Assembly (NCBI RefSeq): GCF_006345805.1 | Contig: NC_043014.1 | Location: 9,548,001 to 9,612,000, forward strand | Length of the DNA stretch: 64,000 nucleotides | Reading direction: 5' to 3' | From: Octopus sinensis | Taxonomy: Eukaryota | Shown here: positions 28,646-42,662 of the stretch, piece by piece | Layout: every line of letters begins with the position of its first letter | Numbering within the stretch: position 1 is the stretch's first letter | Translations under genes and position numbers: made by a program | The notes under the pieces: generated by a model | Told to the model about the DNA's origin: nothing | What the model saw: only the letters and a program-made list of their open reading frames with translations | Database searches by the model: none

Positions 28646-29101
28646 TATCCGATGCCATAAGAGTATAAGGAATGCAGGTTGCGTTACATATAGGCATAAC
28701 GACCACACAGAAATAAAATAATATATGACCCGTATGTTGACTCGGGCATTAGAAAAGAAATTTTGTCTTTGCTTTGATGGATATGGAAGAATTAAACGTG
28801 CACAAGAAGAAATAAGTCAGAACACTTAGAATTTGTGAAGAATAACTAGTTATTTCAAAATATCCGGCAAAAATAATTGTTACATAAAAAAATTGGAATA
28901 GGCTGACATAGCATATTGAATCCATATGCGAAATGAAAATTAAAGAGAAAAACATTTCGCATTACCAGTAAAGAAAATTTAAGATCCCATGCATTTTATA
29001 ATATGAGGACATGTATGTGCACAATTGTTCTCTAGTATGATAAAAATAATAATAGAAATACACTTTAGATGCTCCGAATTGTACTAGTTGTAAAAAGGGT
29101 A

Positions 29102-29436
29102 AAGACCCCCTTCGGTCAAGAATGACCATGGGATTGCACCTAGAAAGTTACCCTCCTAGACACAAGTCCGGGCAAGGTTGTTTATGGAAGACCAGCAGTC
29201 GCCCATGCATACCAGCCTCCCCTCTCCACGCCACCAGTGTTATCCAAGGGAAAGACAAAGGTCGATACAGCTTGGCACCAGTGACGTCGCAACTCATTTC
29301 TACAGCTGAGTGAACTGGAGCAACGTGAACTAAAGTGCCTTGCTCAAGAACACAACACGCAGCCCGGTCCGGGATTCGAGCTCACAACCTCACGATCGTA
29401 AGCTCGACGCTCTAACCACTGAGCCATGCGCCTTCA
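29102..29436 (-). mobile_element. SINE family B
   Basis: Full family match. Confidence 0.92.
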
Positions 29437-30212
29437 CTACTGGTTGTAAGTACAAAGAAAAAAGGCAAGCGTTATTATGTGGGTTTAGGCAAGAAAATTT
29501 ATATGAACCAAGAACACAAATAAAAGGTTTCGTTTATTTAACAATATTTCACCATTTATTGTGAAATATAAGCTGCGCGCAAAGACAAACACTCACCCAC
29601 ACACACACACATACACACACACACGCACACACACACACACACATACAAAATTAGAAACAGTTGTAAATGAAATACAATAGCTACAAATAGGCACTTTATA
29701 CACATTAGCGAGTGTCATTCTCTAACAATCTTTACAACTATGCTGGACCTTATGACTAGAAAGTCCCCATTAATCTTTAAATGTCATGGGCATGGATGGA
29801 ATATATGAAGATATAACACAATTAGGCTAGTATAATTTAATTTTAAGTTTATCCAAAATTCATTAGTAATCAATGAGTTTAATATATAAATTTACTCGTC
29901 TAAAATTAAACGTGGAAACTAAAACAAAATTCAGCATTTGAAATGAAATACATATATTTATCATTTAAATTGCCTGTTTAGATATATTCCATACGCAGAG
30001 GAATTCAAATATTTAATAATGTCATTTCGTGTAGGACCTTACCATTTCCCCAGTAGGCATATTTTCGAATGTTACTAGATAACTTAGGATGTGGAACTCT
30101 TATGTGTGTTCTCGCTATGATTTGTATTAAAATCAATTTTAGAAATTTCAAGGAACCCATTAAAAGGATACTACTACAGGGAAGATACCGCTTTAATAAG
30201 AATTATCTACTG

Positions 30213-30592
30213 CTAGCAGTATCGCTCGGTTTTGTTTCGACCCTTTAGAATTGGAATTTTTGAAAAATAAAAAGTTTGCATTATGTAGCTTGTTATTCTC
30301 TTTAAGTGAACATTTGTCTGGTTGAAATACACCGAAAAATGGCGACACAGCAGTCAAAAATTCGTAAAAAATAGGGATTTTCATAGAAAAAAAGCACCTT
30401 TTTGATGTAAATAATATTTGGTCTTAACATAGTCCGATTTGAATTTTATCTGCTACGGAATGAGGAGCAAGCCTTCTTCTATCATACTCTCAATTTTGGT
30501 CAACTTTCGCCGCAGGGTCTCGGAAGAGATAGAGTTAGTTGAAGGCTACCAAACCTGCCACATACAGACAACTTCAGCTTTATATATATAGA
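30213..30592 (-). mobile_element. Non-autonomous Helitron, older copy
   Basis: Minus strand starts tctatatatataaag and ends gcgatactgctag. Confidence 0.75.
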
Positions 30593-30940
30593 TATACATT
30601 AGTAAACCTCAGTCCCACGGATATAGTTGAATGCTGACATGAACATACGCATAGTTAATATATTGGTTTCAATCATTTCATCGCGGGAATGTTTAAGTCT
30701 GTTACATCGACCCCGGAGCTCAACCGTTACTTAGCGGTTCAGTTAAAACGTCCAATAGAATAAGTATCAGGATTAAACAAAAAGTTCTGGTTTCGATGGA
30801 TTCTTCAAGAAATTCTTCAAGGCGGTGCCCCAATATGGTCACAGATCAATAACAGAAAGAAATAAGAAAGAATAAAAGAAAAAGAGATTAGAGAAACACA
30901 TATTTGCTAATCCAATGCCGTGTGAGTTTCTTTCGGTAAT

Positions 30941-31390
30941 CATCATCATTGTTCGACCGTGGTCGAGACGATGAAATTTCCCATGCTACGCCAGACTTCA
31001 CGGTCCATCATAGCATTACGGAGGTCCTGTTGCTGGATGCCTGTATCCCTGGAGATTACATCAGGGTAGAAGAGTGTGCGCCCTCTGGTATTGCGAGTAG
31101 ATGGCTTCCAGAGGAGAAGAGTAGAAATTGCCTCATTTTCAGCTCTACAACAATGTCCAGCAAACTGGACCCTCCTACCTTTCACAAGAGATGACACAGG
31201 TGGTAGTTTCCCATATATTTGCATTTTGGTTGGATGACGCTTCCACGAGAGATTTTGAGCTCTCATAAGGAGGCGAGTGTAGGTTCCATCCAACCGCCTC
31301 TCAAGCTTCTTTGATAACGTCCAGGTTTCTGAGCCATATAGTAGAATTGGTTCGACTGTGGCTTTGAAGATTTCAAGTTTGAAGTCTCTA
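30941..31390 (-). mobile_element. 5'-truncated RTE-clade LINE, reading frame still open
   Basis: KATVEPILLYGSETW...QFAGHCCR...AMMDREVWR; (TGA)n tail; 11-bp TSD ctttcggtaat at 30930-30940 and 31391-31401. Confidence 0.92.
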
Positions 31391-32102
31391 CTTTCGGTAA
31401 TAACTGTTATATAGATGTAATAACGGAGCAGTATAGGAAACTCGGTGGAACTCACGCCAATTAATGAGTGGAGAGTCAGGTAGTCTTGTATGAGAAGCGT
31501 ATTATTGATGTACTTGACATATGTTGCAATCGAAAAGTGACAAGAAGAAGAATACTTCCACTTTGTATTATAGAAGCGAAAGTAAATCTACAAATGAAAC
31601 TTGAACAATGAATATCTGGATAATGAAATGAAAATCTTTCAAACCAACGGGAGGAAGATAAAAGCATTCATTAAATATAGAATGTTCAATTGATAATTAC
31701 ATACTGCTAAATAATAGACCTGTATTGCAAAGCTGGCTACGTTATGGATATTACATGCGTCTTAGCAAGTGGGACTTTGGGAAATGTTAAAATCGCCATT
31801 AAGTAGACAATATTATAATCAGCTTTAAATATACAGAACATAAATTCTAACGCACTGTGATTTTCAACTTTACACTAGTGTACAGACATTCAAACACGAT
31901 TAGATATTGATCAAAGAACATTAACGCATGCGTATAAATCAAACTGGCGACAATATTTACTTAGAACGATACAAACTAAATTGTGACTTCGAAACTTCTA
32001 TATTTGTCAAATACACATACGCATACATATAAACACATACGTACGAATATATACATATATACATATATATGTACATATGTATATATATATATATATATAT
32101 AT

Positions 32103-32132
<30 letters not shown>

Positions 32133-32141
<9 letters not shown>

Positions 32142-32409
32142 CACATACATATAAACACATACGTACGAATATGTACATATATATGTACATATGTATATGT
32201 ATATATATATATATATATACACATACATACACACAAACACACACATACACATATATATATACATGTATGTATGTATGTAGGTATATAAATTGGAGAGGAA
32301 CCACCTTGTAGCAATTCAACAATGATATGATTACATCATACTATATAAAAAAAATTAAATACACAATAAAATATTTACCTTGAACTAAATAATAAGTAGT
32401 ATTTAATAG

Positions 32410-32443
<34 letters not shown>

Positions 32444-32739
32444 CTATATATATATATATACATATACACATACATATAAACACATACGTACGAATATGTA
32501 CATATATATGTACATATGTATATGTATATATATATATATTATATATATACACATACATACACACAAACACACACATACACATATATATATACATGTATGT
32601 ATGTATGTAGGTATATAAATTGGAGAGGAACCACCTTGTAGCAATTCAACAATGATATGATTACATCATACTATATAAAAAAAATTAAATACACAATAAA
32701 ATATTTACCTTGAACTAAATAATAAGTAGTATTTAATAG

Positions 32740-32773
<34 letters not shown>
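32133..32773. repeat. ~330-bp tandem duplication of microsatellite plus unique core
   Basis: gtatataaattggagaggaaccacc occurs at 32281 and 32611. Confidence 0.9.
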
Positions 32774-32822
32774 CTTGTGTCTGTTTGTGTTCTGTGTGTA
32801 TGTGGGTGTGCGTGTTTGTGGG

Positions 32823-32864
<42 letters not shown>

Positions 32865-33582
32865 TGTGTGTTTGTGTGTTTGTGTGTGTGTGTGTGTGTG
32901 TGAAGTAAACGTTTGGAATTGATAAAAAATATGTAAGGATTATTGGGTATAATATCTACATATATTCCCGTCACGATATCAGTTGTTATTTCTGAAAACA
33001 CAATGGCGTATACTGGATTGTTTTAAATGTGTAATGTGTCTAAAGCAAAAAATCGACGTTAAATGATAGAAATGGTTACCGAAACGTATTTGTAGCCGAA
33101 AAAGACTGCTCAGGGTTTTATTCGATAATGAAACACAAATGTTCAACGCAAAGTGATTTAGTTAATCAATAATATAATTGCTGTTTTCTTAGAGTATTTT
33201 ATGCAACCTTGAGGGCAGAAACCATTATTCTCTACTCAAAAGATTTTGCCGGCTTTACTACCACAAAACGCTTTCAGGTGAACTTTAACATCTTCTTCAG
33301 AGTTGAAATTTGTGCATTCAATGCGAAACACTGAATCAGGTGAAAATCTAAAGGCGCAAGACTGGTTGAATAGGCAGTGAGATCCCTAGCATGAAAAATA
33401 GAACCTGCTCCGAAGGAAGTCCTTATCGAACGTCTTTCAAGTGTCAAGCATCTCTTGAGTGCGCATGGGCAAGAGGCAGATTGCTTTTTTTCTAGTTATT
33501 AGACTGCTGAAAGTATATTGTGAACAAAAGCCAGTCTTTTGGCCAACTTAATATTTCTGAAAATAGTATATTAAATATATTA

Positions 33583-33987
33583 TTTTCTATTCTAGGCACA
33601 AGGCCCGAAATTTTGGGGGAGGGGCCGAACAATTAGATCGACATCAGTATGCAACTGATACTTAATTTATCGACCCCGAAAGGATAAAAAGCAAAGTTGA
33701 CCTCGGAGGAATTTGAAATCACAACGTAAAGGCAGACGAAATACCGCTAAGCATGTAGACGAAATACCTATTTCTTTATTACCCACAGAGAGGACAAACA
33801 AGGACAGATAAACGAATTAAGTCGATTATATTGACCCCAGTGCGTAACTGGTACTTAGTTTATCGATCCCGAAAAGATGAAAGGCAAAGTGAACCTCGAC
33901 GGAATTTGAACTTAGAACGTAACGACAGACGAAATACCGCTAAGCATTTGGCTCGGCGTGCTAACGATTCGGCCAGCTCACCGCCTT
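33583..33987 (-). mobile_element. SINE family D multimer
   Basis: Full copy joined through aaagaaatag|gtatttcg (about 33761-33776) to a second partial copy. Confidence 0.87.
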
Positions 33988-34131
33988 ATGTTAAATATAA
34001 TATTAAGACGTCATATTTAACAGTTGACACACTCAGAAAAATTGTTTTTTATTTTACAATTTATATTTACGATATCGTAATACCTAACATTTTACGAAAT
34101 GCAAAAGTGTTCATGCCATCTATTGTATTAG

Positions 34132-34240
34132 GTCCTTTCAAGTTGCAAACAGGGCCTCGATGTTGTGTAACGGGCAACAAAGCCCAATTCAACCTTGTTT
34201 TGTTTGGTGATCCTGTTTTCTACAGAGAACATCAATATAG
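34132..34240 (+). pseudogene. Candidate exon remnant (phase 1 to 2)
   Basis: tattag|GTCC...ATAG|gtacag; encodes GPFKLQTGPRCCVTGNKAQFNLVLFGDPVFYREHQYR. Confidence 0.45.
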
Positions 34241-34628
34241 GTACAGTTCTATATTTATGAGATGAGGAATAATGTACAATATTTACATTATTTACAACAA
34301 ACAAAATGAGGACAAATATCCGTCGAATGTAAATAATGTTAATAATGCTCAAGGTAGGTAATTAATGTGCGATATATCACAATTTGACTGTTGTCATAAA
34401 TTGTATTCTTGGTATGAATAGAACTACAATATGCTTTGGAATTGGTTTTCTGCAGCACTCTTAGAAAGGATTTGCTCAAAGTAACCATGTCATTAAGATA
34501 CAGCTCTTATACCGGATTCATTCCTTCATAAGTTGCTATTCAATGTTTCAGGCATACCATATAGTTTAGCTGGAACCTCTCTCTCTCTCTCTCTTCTCTT
34601 TATATGTGTGTGTTTGTGTATACACATA

Positions 34629-34935
34629 CGTCTTTTTCTGGCTTCTCGAGCCACGCCTGGATCATAAGGGCCGGTTTCCCGGTTTCATTGGCGTACAGGT
34701 TCCCCACCTGAACGGGACGCCGGTCCTTCGCAGGTGAGCTGCAAGATGCAGGAGGAAAGGGTGAGAGAAAGTTGTGGCGAAAGAGTTGGAAGAAGTTCGC
34801 AATTACCTTCTGCCGGAGCCGCGTGCATCTTAGATGTGTCGCTCATAAACACACACATCGCCCGGTCTGAGATTCGAACACGCGATCCGTCGACCGCGAG
34901 TCCGCTGCTCTAACCACTAGGCCATGTGCCTTCAC
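34629..34935 (-). mobile_element. SINE with family A-like head and V-domain-like 3' half
   Basis: cctgcgaaggaccggcgtcccgttcagg...gaaaccgggaaaccggccc resembles the V-SINE domain; TSD gtatacacata at 34618-34628 and 34936-34946. Confidence 0.8.
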
Positions 34936-34978
34936 GTATACACATATGCATGCACACACACACACACATACACACATA

Positions 34979-35190
34979 CCTATTTCTTTATTACCCACAA
35001 GGGGCTAAACATAGAGGGGACAAACAAGGACAGACATAGGTATTAAGTCTGGTGCGTAACTGGTACTAAATTTATCGACCCCGAAAGGATGAAGGGCAAA
35101 GTCAACCTCGGCGGAATTTGAACTCACAACGTAACGACAATCGAAATACCGTTAAGCATTTCGCCCGGCGTGCTAACGTTTCTGCCAGCC
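34979..35190 (-). mobile_element. SINE family D
   Basis: Family match. Confidence 0.88.
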
Positions 35191-35204
35191 CTCACACATA
35201 CACA

Positions 35205-35323
<119 letters not shown>

Positions 35324-35789
35324 TGCATTGAATATAGGTGTGTGTGAATATACGTGTGTATGAATGTCTGTGTGCGTGTGTGAATGCGCATGTGTGGGCG
35401 TCTGTGTGTGTTTGCACGTTTATAGTTATGTCCTTCATATAAAACCCACCGTTCCATTCGACATATTTACCAAGATAATTTACGATCAGTTTTCTTTAAC
35501 AACCAGATTGTTTGAAACTTAATATTAGATTTCCAACAGATATAGCTATTGGGATCGATCAAACAACGTAAAACCACAGATCACTTTTGAACTCTCTATA
35601 TATTCATATCACTCAAAGGGGAAAGTGAGTTCAGATCACATGTCATCTCATGTATCAATTTCATCCAGTGGACAGTATCAAATATTTAGGGAAATATTTC
35701 GCACTTACCTCATATATTTTACTCTTTGTAATATCATAGTCTCAGTAGCATTTCTTTTCAGTTCATTTCGGATATTCTGAAAAATATTG

Positions 35790-35791
35790 AC

Positions 35792-35832
<41 letters not shown>

Positions 35833-35870
35833 TTATAATAATAATAATGATTATGATAATAATAATAATG

Positions 35871-35916
<46 letters not shown>

Positions 35917-36325
35917 TTATAATAATAATAATGATGATGATGATGATGATGATATAGGTGTACGGAAAACACTCGGTGAGAAACGGAAGAAAATTTGAAG
36001 AAGGAAATAATAATGATAATAATAATGATGATGACGATAATAATACATAATAATAATTATAATAATAATAATGGATTCAAATTTGACTATGTTTAGTGTG
36101 AGTTATACTTAGGGGAGTCATTTTAGGTGGAGACATATTTAGGGGAGCTGTATTTTGAGGAGGGGGAAATTCGATATCCTCGACCCCATTGTTTCATTGG
36201 CACTTAATTCATCGATAACAACAAAGTTGACGTCGGCAGAATTTGAACGCGGAACGTGGCGACGGGCGAAAAACCGCTAAACATTTCGTCCAGCACGCTA
36301 ACGACCTTGCCAGATCACCGTCTTG

Positions 36326-36411
<86 letters not shown>

Positions 36412-36430
36412 TAATAATAATAATAATAAT
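35790..36430. repeat. (TAA)n/(TGA)n microsatellites surrounding a degenerate SINE D (36160-36320)
   Basis: Directly visible. Confidence 0.9.
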
Positions 36431-36800
36431 GATATGGGCAATGAGCTTGACAATTACCGACCCATTACTTGTTTTAACCTCCTATGGAAAGCATTGAAAA
36501 TATTTTCCTCGCAGGGAAAATACATGTTCCTTGCGGAAAGCAATCTTTTACCAGTAGAAGAAAAGGGATGCGGAATGGGATGCAAGGTTAAGAAAGACTA
36601 GCTTGAGATAGAGAGGGTTATAATGAAGAACTGTAAACGGTAACAAAAAATACTTGTGTGTGGCTTAGATACATTTTAAAAATGCTTTCGACGTTCCCGC
36701 ATTGGTAGATTTTGGAAACGCTTGACCTGTGTGGAATGACTGAGAACGTGTGTGCACTAATTAAGAACAGCATGCTCAATTGGAAAACGGATCTTTCCTG
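36431..36800 (+). mobile_element. R4/Dong RT fragment
   Basis: DNYRPITCFNLLWK...LLPVEEKGC, directly after a TAA run. Confidence 0.75.
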
Positions 36801-37862
36801 TGTCAAACAGAATTCCTTAAGATTACAGCCTCCCTCCAAAGCCTTCTTCGTGTACTAATAATTTCTATGTGGAATAAAATTATGTTTACATGTATGTTCT
36901 AATATGCACGTCATGAGTATTAGAGCATGATTCTCTATTGAGAAACCAATTCAGATGAAGAAAGCTAGCTCGGGAGAACATCATTCTTACATCAACAGTT
37001 CAACTCCTTCTCTCTCGCTCTCGCATTTCCAGTGGACGCTCGTAGTTTAGTGGTTGAGGGTGCTGCATTTATGATCGTAAAATTGTGGGTTTTTTCTCTT
37101 GGAGTGGTCGCTGCGTTGCGTTGACACTTCATTTCCCGTTGCTCCAGTCCGCTCACCCGGAAGAGAAAGAACAACTGGGTAATGCTGTGACGAACCGGTG
37201 TTCCGTACTGTGGGGCACATGGCACTCCGTCAGTCACGATGACGAGTTTTCCAGTTGATCCGATCAACGGAATAGCTTGCTCGCGAAATTAACGTGCAAG
37301 TGGTTGAGTACTCCACAGACACGTATACCCTTAACGTAGTTCTCAGTGTGATTTAGCGTGACACAGAGTCTGACAAGGCTGACCCTTTGAAATTACCAGC
37401 GGAATAGACAGTAGCAACGTGAAATCATGTTTTGCTCAAAGACACAACGCGTCACATATAATTGAATTCCCGACCTCACAGTCGTGATCTGGATACCTTA
37501 CCGTCTAAGCCACGGGACTTCACCCTATGGGGCATATATATACGTCAGAGAATTTTTGGTTTTATAAGACTTTACCTTTGTAAGGACATTTACTCATTTT
37601 TGGTATATAGATGTAACGTTTTAGATTTGGATACATTGTGCAAAACAAGCGTGTGTTTTCTGATATAGTGAAAAATTTGCCTAGTTATAGTATATACAGC
37701 TTATTTATGCAATCATGTCGCAATCCAATTGCCAGCCTTGCACCTACATTTAGAAATCCATGCGTGAAGTTTTGTTATTTCTCACAGACATATTACTTTT
37801 CGAAAACAGACATCTGTTAAAAGCTGTGAAAATGGAAAGAAATTAGAAACATTTTGACATCT

Positions 37863-37914
<52 letters not shown>

Positions 37915-38048
37915 TCTCTCTCTCTCATATATATATATTTATATAATGTTCCTTGCGTCTTAAATTCTATCTCAGAGAAAATGACAAGTTTTAATTTGTT
38001 TTACGATACAATCGAATAGTTACTATGCAATTATTTGCAGTTTTCTAG

Positions 38049-38152
38049 ATTATTAAGAGTGAATGGCAAACATACATAACACCCATTCGAATGGCAGCGC
38101 GTAATACTCACTTTTCGAGGCTTTCGTTTTGTACGACCAGTTGCTTCTTATG
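38049..38152 (+). pseudogene. Candidate exon remnant (phase 2 to 1) with in-frame TAA
   Basis: ttttctag|A...TATG|gtatgt; LLRVNGKHT*HPFEWQRVILTFRGFRFVRPVASY. Confidence 0.5.
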
Positions 38153-38588
38153 GTATGTTTGAATTTACATTTGTTTTAAGTATCCATGAGGTACGAAATA
38201 TTTTTCGTCTAACACAGATGAATATGTTTTACGTACCTTAATTTAAGAACGTCTAGGTTTTTATTTTAGATATTTACATACTGCGTTCAAACCCTGCTGA
38301 GGCAAACATTTTCTTCCACATCTCCGAAGTTGATATTGAACTCAAGGACATAACCCCCATAAAATTGCTGCTCTTCTACTTGAATCACAAACCTCTAGTA
38401 CAGATCATAAGGTAACGTAACGTATGTGGTTCTGTCTTGGATATAATTCTATGATTCCTCACCTCTCTTTGATGATAATTGTCATTAAATGTAAATACTA
38501 GTAATTTCGAAACAGGAATACCTGAATCTGACTAATTCTGCTTTTGTTCGCTTTGTATTATATTCCTTCTCATATTTTTACCTTTCAG

Positions 38589-38729
38589 GTACCGCAAGGA
38601 GCTTAGCTTCTATTACAAGAGATAATTTAAGCGTTAAGTGTTCCTTATTCCAACCAAAGAACATTAATTTGAAAGAAGTGAATTCATATCCAATGGATTG
38701 GTACTGCACCCTATACTCATTTATCAAAG
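38589..38729 (+). pseudogene. Candidate exon remnant (phase 1 to 1, 141 bp, open)
   Basis: tttttacctttcag|GT...AAAG|gtttag; TARSLASITRDNLSVKCSLF...PMDWYC. Confidence 0.5.
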
Positions 38730-39369
38730 GTTTAGCCCTTATTTTATACATTGAGCAATTCCAAAGGGTATCATTTCTCTTATGGAACCAATGCCACTCC
38801 ACTAACATAACATCTAAATATGTATTAAATACATACATTTTATTCTGCTTTATTGAAGAATCTTATCAATTCTCAAGCTCGTATTCCTGAAAAGCGAATC
38901 AATCTATGAAAGGAACTGTTATTTATTACTTACCAATTCGAGAAAATATATATGGTATAATACTGAGAATCTTTTTCCCACGATATTCTTCGATTGTAAA
39001 TTCTATAACGTCTAATGCAACAGCGTTTGAAAGATCATGCAAAACGAGCTAAGGATGTAATATTACTCTTGGTGATATATAACATTAGCAACAAATACGG
39101 TTGTAATAAGCGAATAAAGAGACAATCGATAACGGATGCATTAAGCAAGCGAAAATAACATAAAACGGGAGAAACTACGGTATTAAGAAAGATCAACAAA
39201 ACAGATACAGAAGAAAGAAAGAAAGTAAGAAAGAAAGAAAGTAAGAAAGAAAGAAGAAGAACAACACCAAGAAGAAAAAGAAGAATGTCAAGGGAGAGAA
39301 TAAGAAAGGTAACAGGAAATATATGACTAAATCACCTCACAAGCAGCCTAAACCAAATGTTTTGAAAAT

Positions 39370-39578
39370 GATGACGATGATGATGATGATCATAATAGTA
39401 ATAATAATAATAATAATAATAATATTAATAATAATAATAACGATAGTAATAATAACAAAATAATACTTACACTAATAATAATAATGAGAAAAATAACAAT
39501 AGTAATAATAATAAAATAATAATAATAATAGTAATAATAATAATATTAATAATAATAGTAATAATAGTTATGATAATG

Positions 39579-39640
<62 letters not shown>
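39370..39640. repeat. (TAA)n microsatellite
   Basis: Directly visible. Confidence 0.97.
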
Positions 39641-39642
<2 letters not shown>

Positions 39643-40338
39643 ACGAACAATTGCTAATCGATAAAACTATGTTGGCTGATTGCAAGAAAAGACACAAAAA
39701 TTTGGCGAGTGCGTGGGTGGACTATAGGAGTGCATCTGATAAGGTCTCACACTCATGGACTTTGAATGACTGAAACTGCTTAAGGAATCCCACAATATCA
39801 TGAAATTAATACAAAACTCTATGACAACGTTGCGAACTGAACTCACAGCATGGGAAGATAAGCTGAGAGAGGGAAATATCAAAAGTGGAATCTTTCAAAG
39901 GGATAGTCTGTTGACTCTCCTATTTGTTGTCTGTATACTGCCACTAAAGAGCGTTTTAAGAAAGATGGATGTGGGGTACGTGCTAGGCAGGGTGAAAGTA
40001 AGCAATCTGTGGTTTATGTATGACCTAAAGCTATTCGCTAAGACAGAAAAAGAAATCGAGAGTTTGGACGGCAACTGTGCAGATTGTTTAGCAAAAAAAT
40101 GGCGTGGAATTTGGGATCAAGAAATGTGGTGTAATCATTCTCAAAAAAGCCAAGGGATCAAGCTACAAAGTGTTGAAACTATAAGGGAAGTCGGAGAGAA
40201 AGGATATATGTACCTGGGTATCATTGAAAGAAATATGATGAATGAACACAAGATGAGAGAACTGTACAGGAAAGAGTATTCGAGAAAAACTCGGCTTGTA
40301 CTCCAATGGAAGCTAAATGGCCGCTATAAGGTTAGAGC
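39641..40338 (+). mobile_element. 5'-truncated R4/Dong LINE RT, part 1
   Basis: EQLLIDK...AWVDY...VSHSW; GIFQRDSLLTLLFV; LWFMYDLKLFAK; YMYLGI; ends KLNGRYKVRA. Confidence 0.88.
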
Positions 40339-40490
40339 TGGCAGAAACGTTAGCACGCCGGGCGAAATGCGTAGCCGTATTTCGTCTGCCGCTACGTTCT
40401 GAGTTCAAATTCTGCCGAGGTCGACTTTGCCTTTCATTCTTTCGGGGTCGATAAATTAAGTACCAGTTACGCACTGGGATCGATGTATTC
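40335..40490 (+). mobile_element. SINE family D at left inversion boundary
   Basis: Family match lacking the usual 3' end. Confidence 0.88.
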
Positions 40491-40511
40491 ATTTATCTTC
40501 CTAAGCGTAAT

Positions 40512-40924
40512 TTACTCTTTACTCTTTTTTACGTGTTTCAGTCATTCGACTGTGGCCATGCTGGAGCACCGCCTTTAGTCGAGCAACTCGACCCTGGGAC
40601 TTACTCTTTGTAAGCCCAGTACTTATTCTATCGGTCTCTTTTGCCGAACGCTAAGTGACGGGGACGTAAACACACCAGCATCGGTTGTCAAGCAATGCTA
40701 GGGGGAGAAACACAGACACACAAACACACACACATACATGTATATATATACATATATACGACAGGCTTCTTTCAGTTTCCGTCTACCAAATCCACTCACA
40801 AGGCATTTGTCGGCCCGGGGCTATAGCAGAAGACACTTGCCCAAGATGCCACGCAGTGGGACTGAACTCGGAACCATGTGGTTGGTTAGCAAGCTACTTA
40901 CCACACAGCCACTCCTGCGCCTAT
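40512..40924 (-). mobile_element. SINE family C
   Basis: Full family match. Confidence 0.92.
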
Positions 40925-40996
40925 TGGTGCTTATTGTTGAGGAAAGCATTATTGTTGTAATTCTTCTTCTTCTTCTTCTTCTTATCATTATTATTA

Positions 40997-41461
40997 TTAG
41001 CCCTTTTAAGTATCCTTTCAGTTGCCATTGCCAAGTTCTATTCCAATCAATCTCATCTTTATTCTTCAAGAATTGATTGTGCATTTTCTTGTCCTGCCAA
41101 AATTTTCTCCATCTGCTCTCTCGGGTCTTTGCATAAATTGTATTTCGATTTACGGCTTCGTGCATTTTAAAGATTCTCTGCATTATCACTGCTTCAATCA
41201 TATCTTTTTACTCCCCTTGACATACCAAGCCAGGCTATTCTCCTCTTCTTTTACACAACCTTCATAACACACTAACCTCCGTTCTCACTCTCTCCCCTTT
41301 ACATACAATCTTGATACACCACTCTTGGGGTGTAGTTCCGTGTTCATTGTCATTAATTTACGTGTTCTCTGGTCTATCTCTTGTAATTCATACTTCTTCC
41401 AAGATACTATTACTGCCCTATATCTCATCAAAGCAACCGTGTTAATTGCTCTAACCTTATA
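40997..41461 (-). mobile_element. R4/Dong LINE, part 2, inverted
   Basis: Resumes YKVRAINTVALMRY...DQRTRKLMTM...HPKSGVSRLYV and WQDKKMHNQF. Confidence 0.88.
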
Positions 41462-41692
41462 TATTTCTTTACTGCCCACAAGGGGCTAAACACAGAGAGG
41501 ACAAACAAGGACAGACAAACGGATTAAGTCGATTATATCGACCCCAGTGCGTAACTGGTACTCAATTAATCGACCCCGAAAGGATGAAAGGCAAAGTCGA
41601 CCTCGGCGGAATTTGAACTCAGAACGTAAGGACAGACGAAATACCGCTAAGCATTTCGCCCGGCGTGCTAACGTCTCTGCCAGCTCGCCGCC
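41462..41692 (-). mobile_element. SINE family D at right inversion boundary
   Basis: Full family match. Confidence 0.92.
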
Positions 41693-42470
41693 TTTATTCT
41701 ACGACATACCATATCCTAACTTCATAACAGAGAAAACAGAAACTACTTCATGTTCTCCGAGATATTCCACTGCAGAATATAATATACGATGTTTTTCTAG
41801 CTTCGATAAATTGCATCAGAATTCTTCTCAGTCAAGTTGGTTTTGTGACAAAGCGACAGCAAATCAACAATGCTGCAAAAGGAAAATACGGTGGAACTAA
41901 ATTATTCAACGTTTGGTTGCTAATTGTAACCATATTATAAGACTATTTTTTATAATACCTGGTGGGGTTTATGTTCGGAAAACTTCTGATCATAGAACTG
42001 ATAATATGCAAGAATCTGCAGCTAAAAGGCAATAACAAATATTATACACGACAGAGCGGTTCTGTATTCACAGATTACCGAAATCACTACACACAGATCG
42101 TTGTTCAAAGAAGTCATGCTTTAAGTAACTTAACTATACATAAAGTTCATATTTATATTATTGATGTTATATCGATCACTTTCGTATTCGATCAATTTCA
42201 TGTATATTGTTTGGGCTCGATAAAAAGAGGATAGTCTATTTCTGAAGACTTAGTTCTTCTAAGGTGTTAGTATTTCTGACGTATTAGTAGTTCTAGGCTG
42301 TGTGTTACGCCGGTGTAACAACCTGCGTGTTAACAATTTGGATCAGATGATACATGCAGTAATACAGTTCATACGCCCGATTTCACACACATACACACAC
42401 ACACACACACACACATGCATTCACACACACACATTCACACATACATACACATAATAGCTAATGTTATATA

Positions 42471-42662
42471 GTGAGAATTTACAAAAAACACAACAAAAGA
42501 CGAAGACGGATGTGGAAAAAAGAAACCGATGTATTAGTTTAACGCTCGAGAAGTGAAAAGTCTTTAACGCTTCGAGCCTACGCTCTTCGTCAGAAAGGAA
42601 CACAGAAATAAACAGGGAGAGAAAATAGAAAAAGGTTTAGTGGCTAGAGATCTATCATGGCG
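42471..42662 (-). mobile_element. Solo Penelope-type terminal module with minimal hammerhead (42562-42597)
   Basis: Minus strand CUUU CUGACGA A GAGC guag GCUC GAAG CG UU AAAG; 11-bp direct repeat aatgttatata at 42460-42470 and 42663-42673. Confidence 0.7.

Noticed and set aside
25100-28980. Possible old LINE remnants between SINEs
   Set aside because: Only a weak RT-like hint (YKRASDRV); too degenerate to call by eye.
33262-33305. Minus-strand CUGAAGA...GAAA hammerhead-like motif
   Set aside because: Helix II is imperfect and there is no helix I or III pairing.
42242-42270. CUGAAGA followed by a CUUAG/CUAAG stem
   Set aside because: No GAAA follows the stem.
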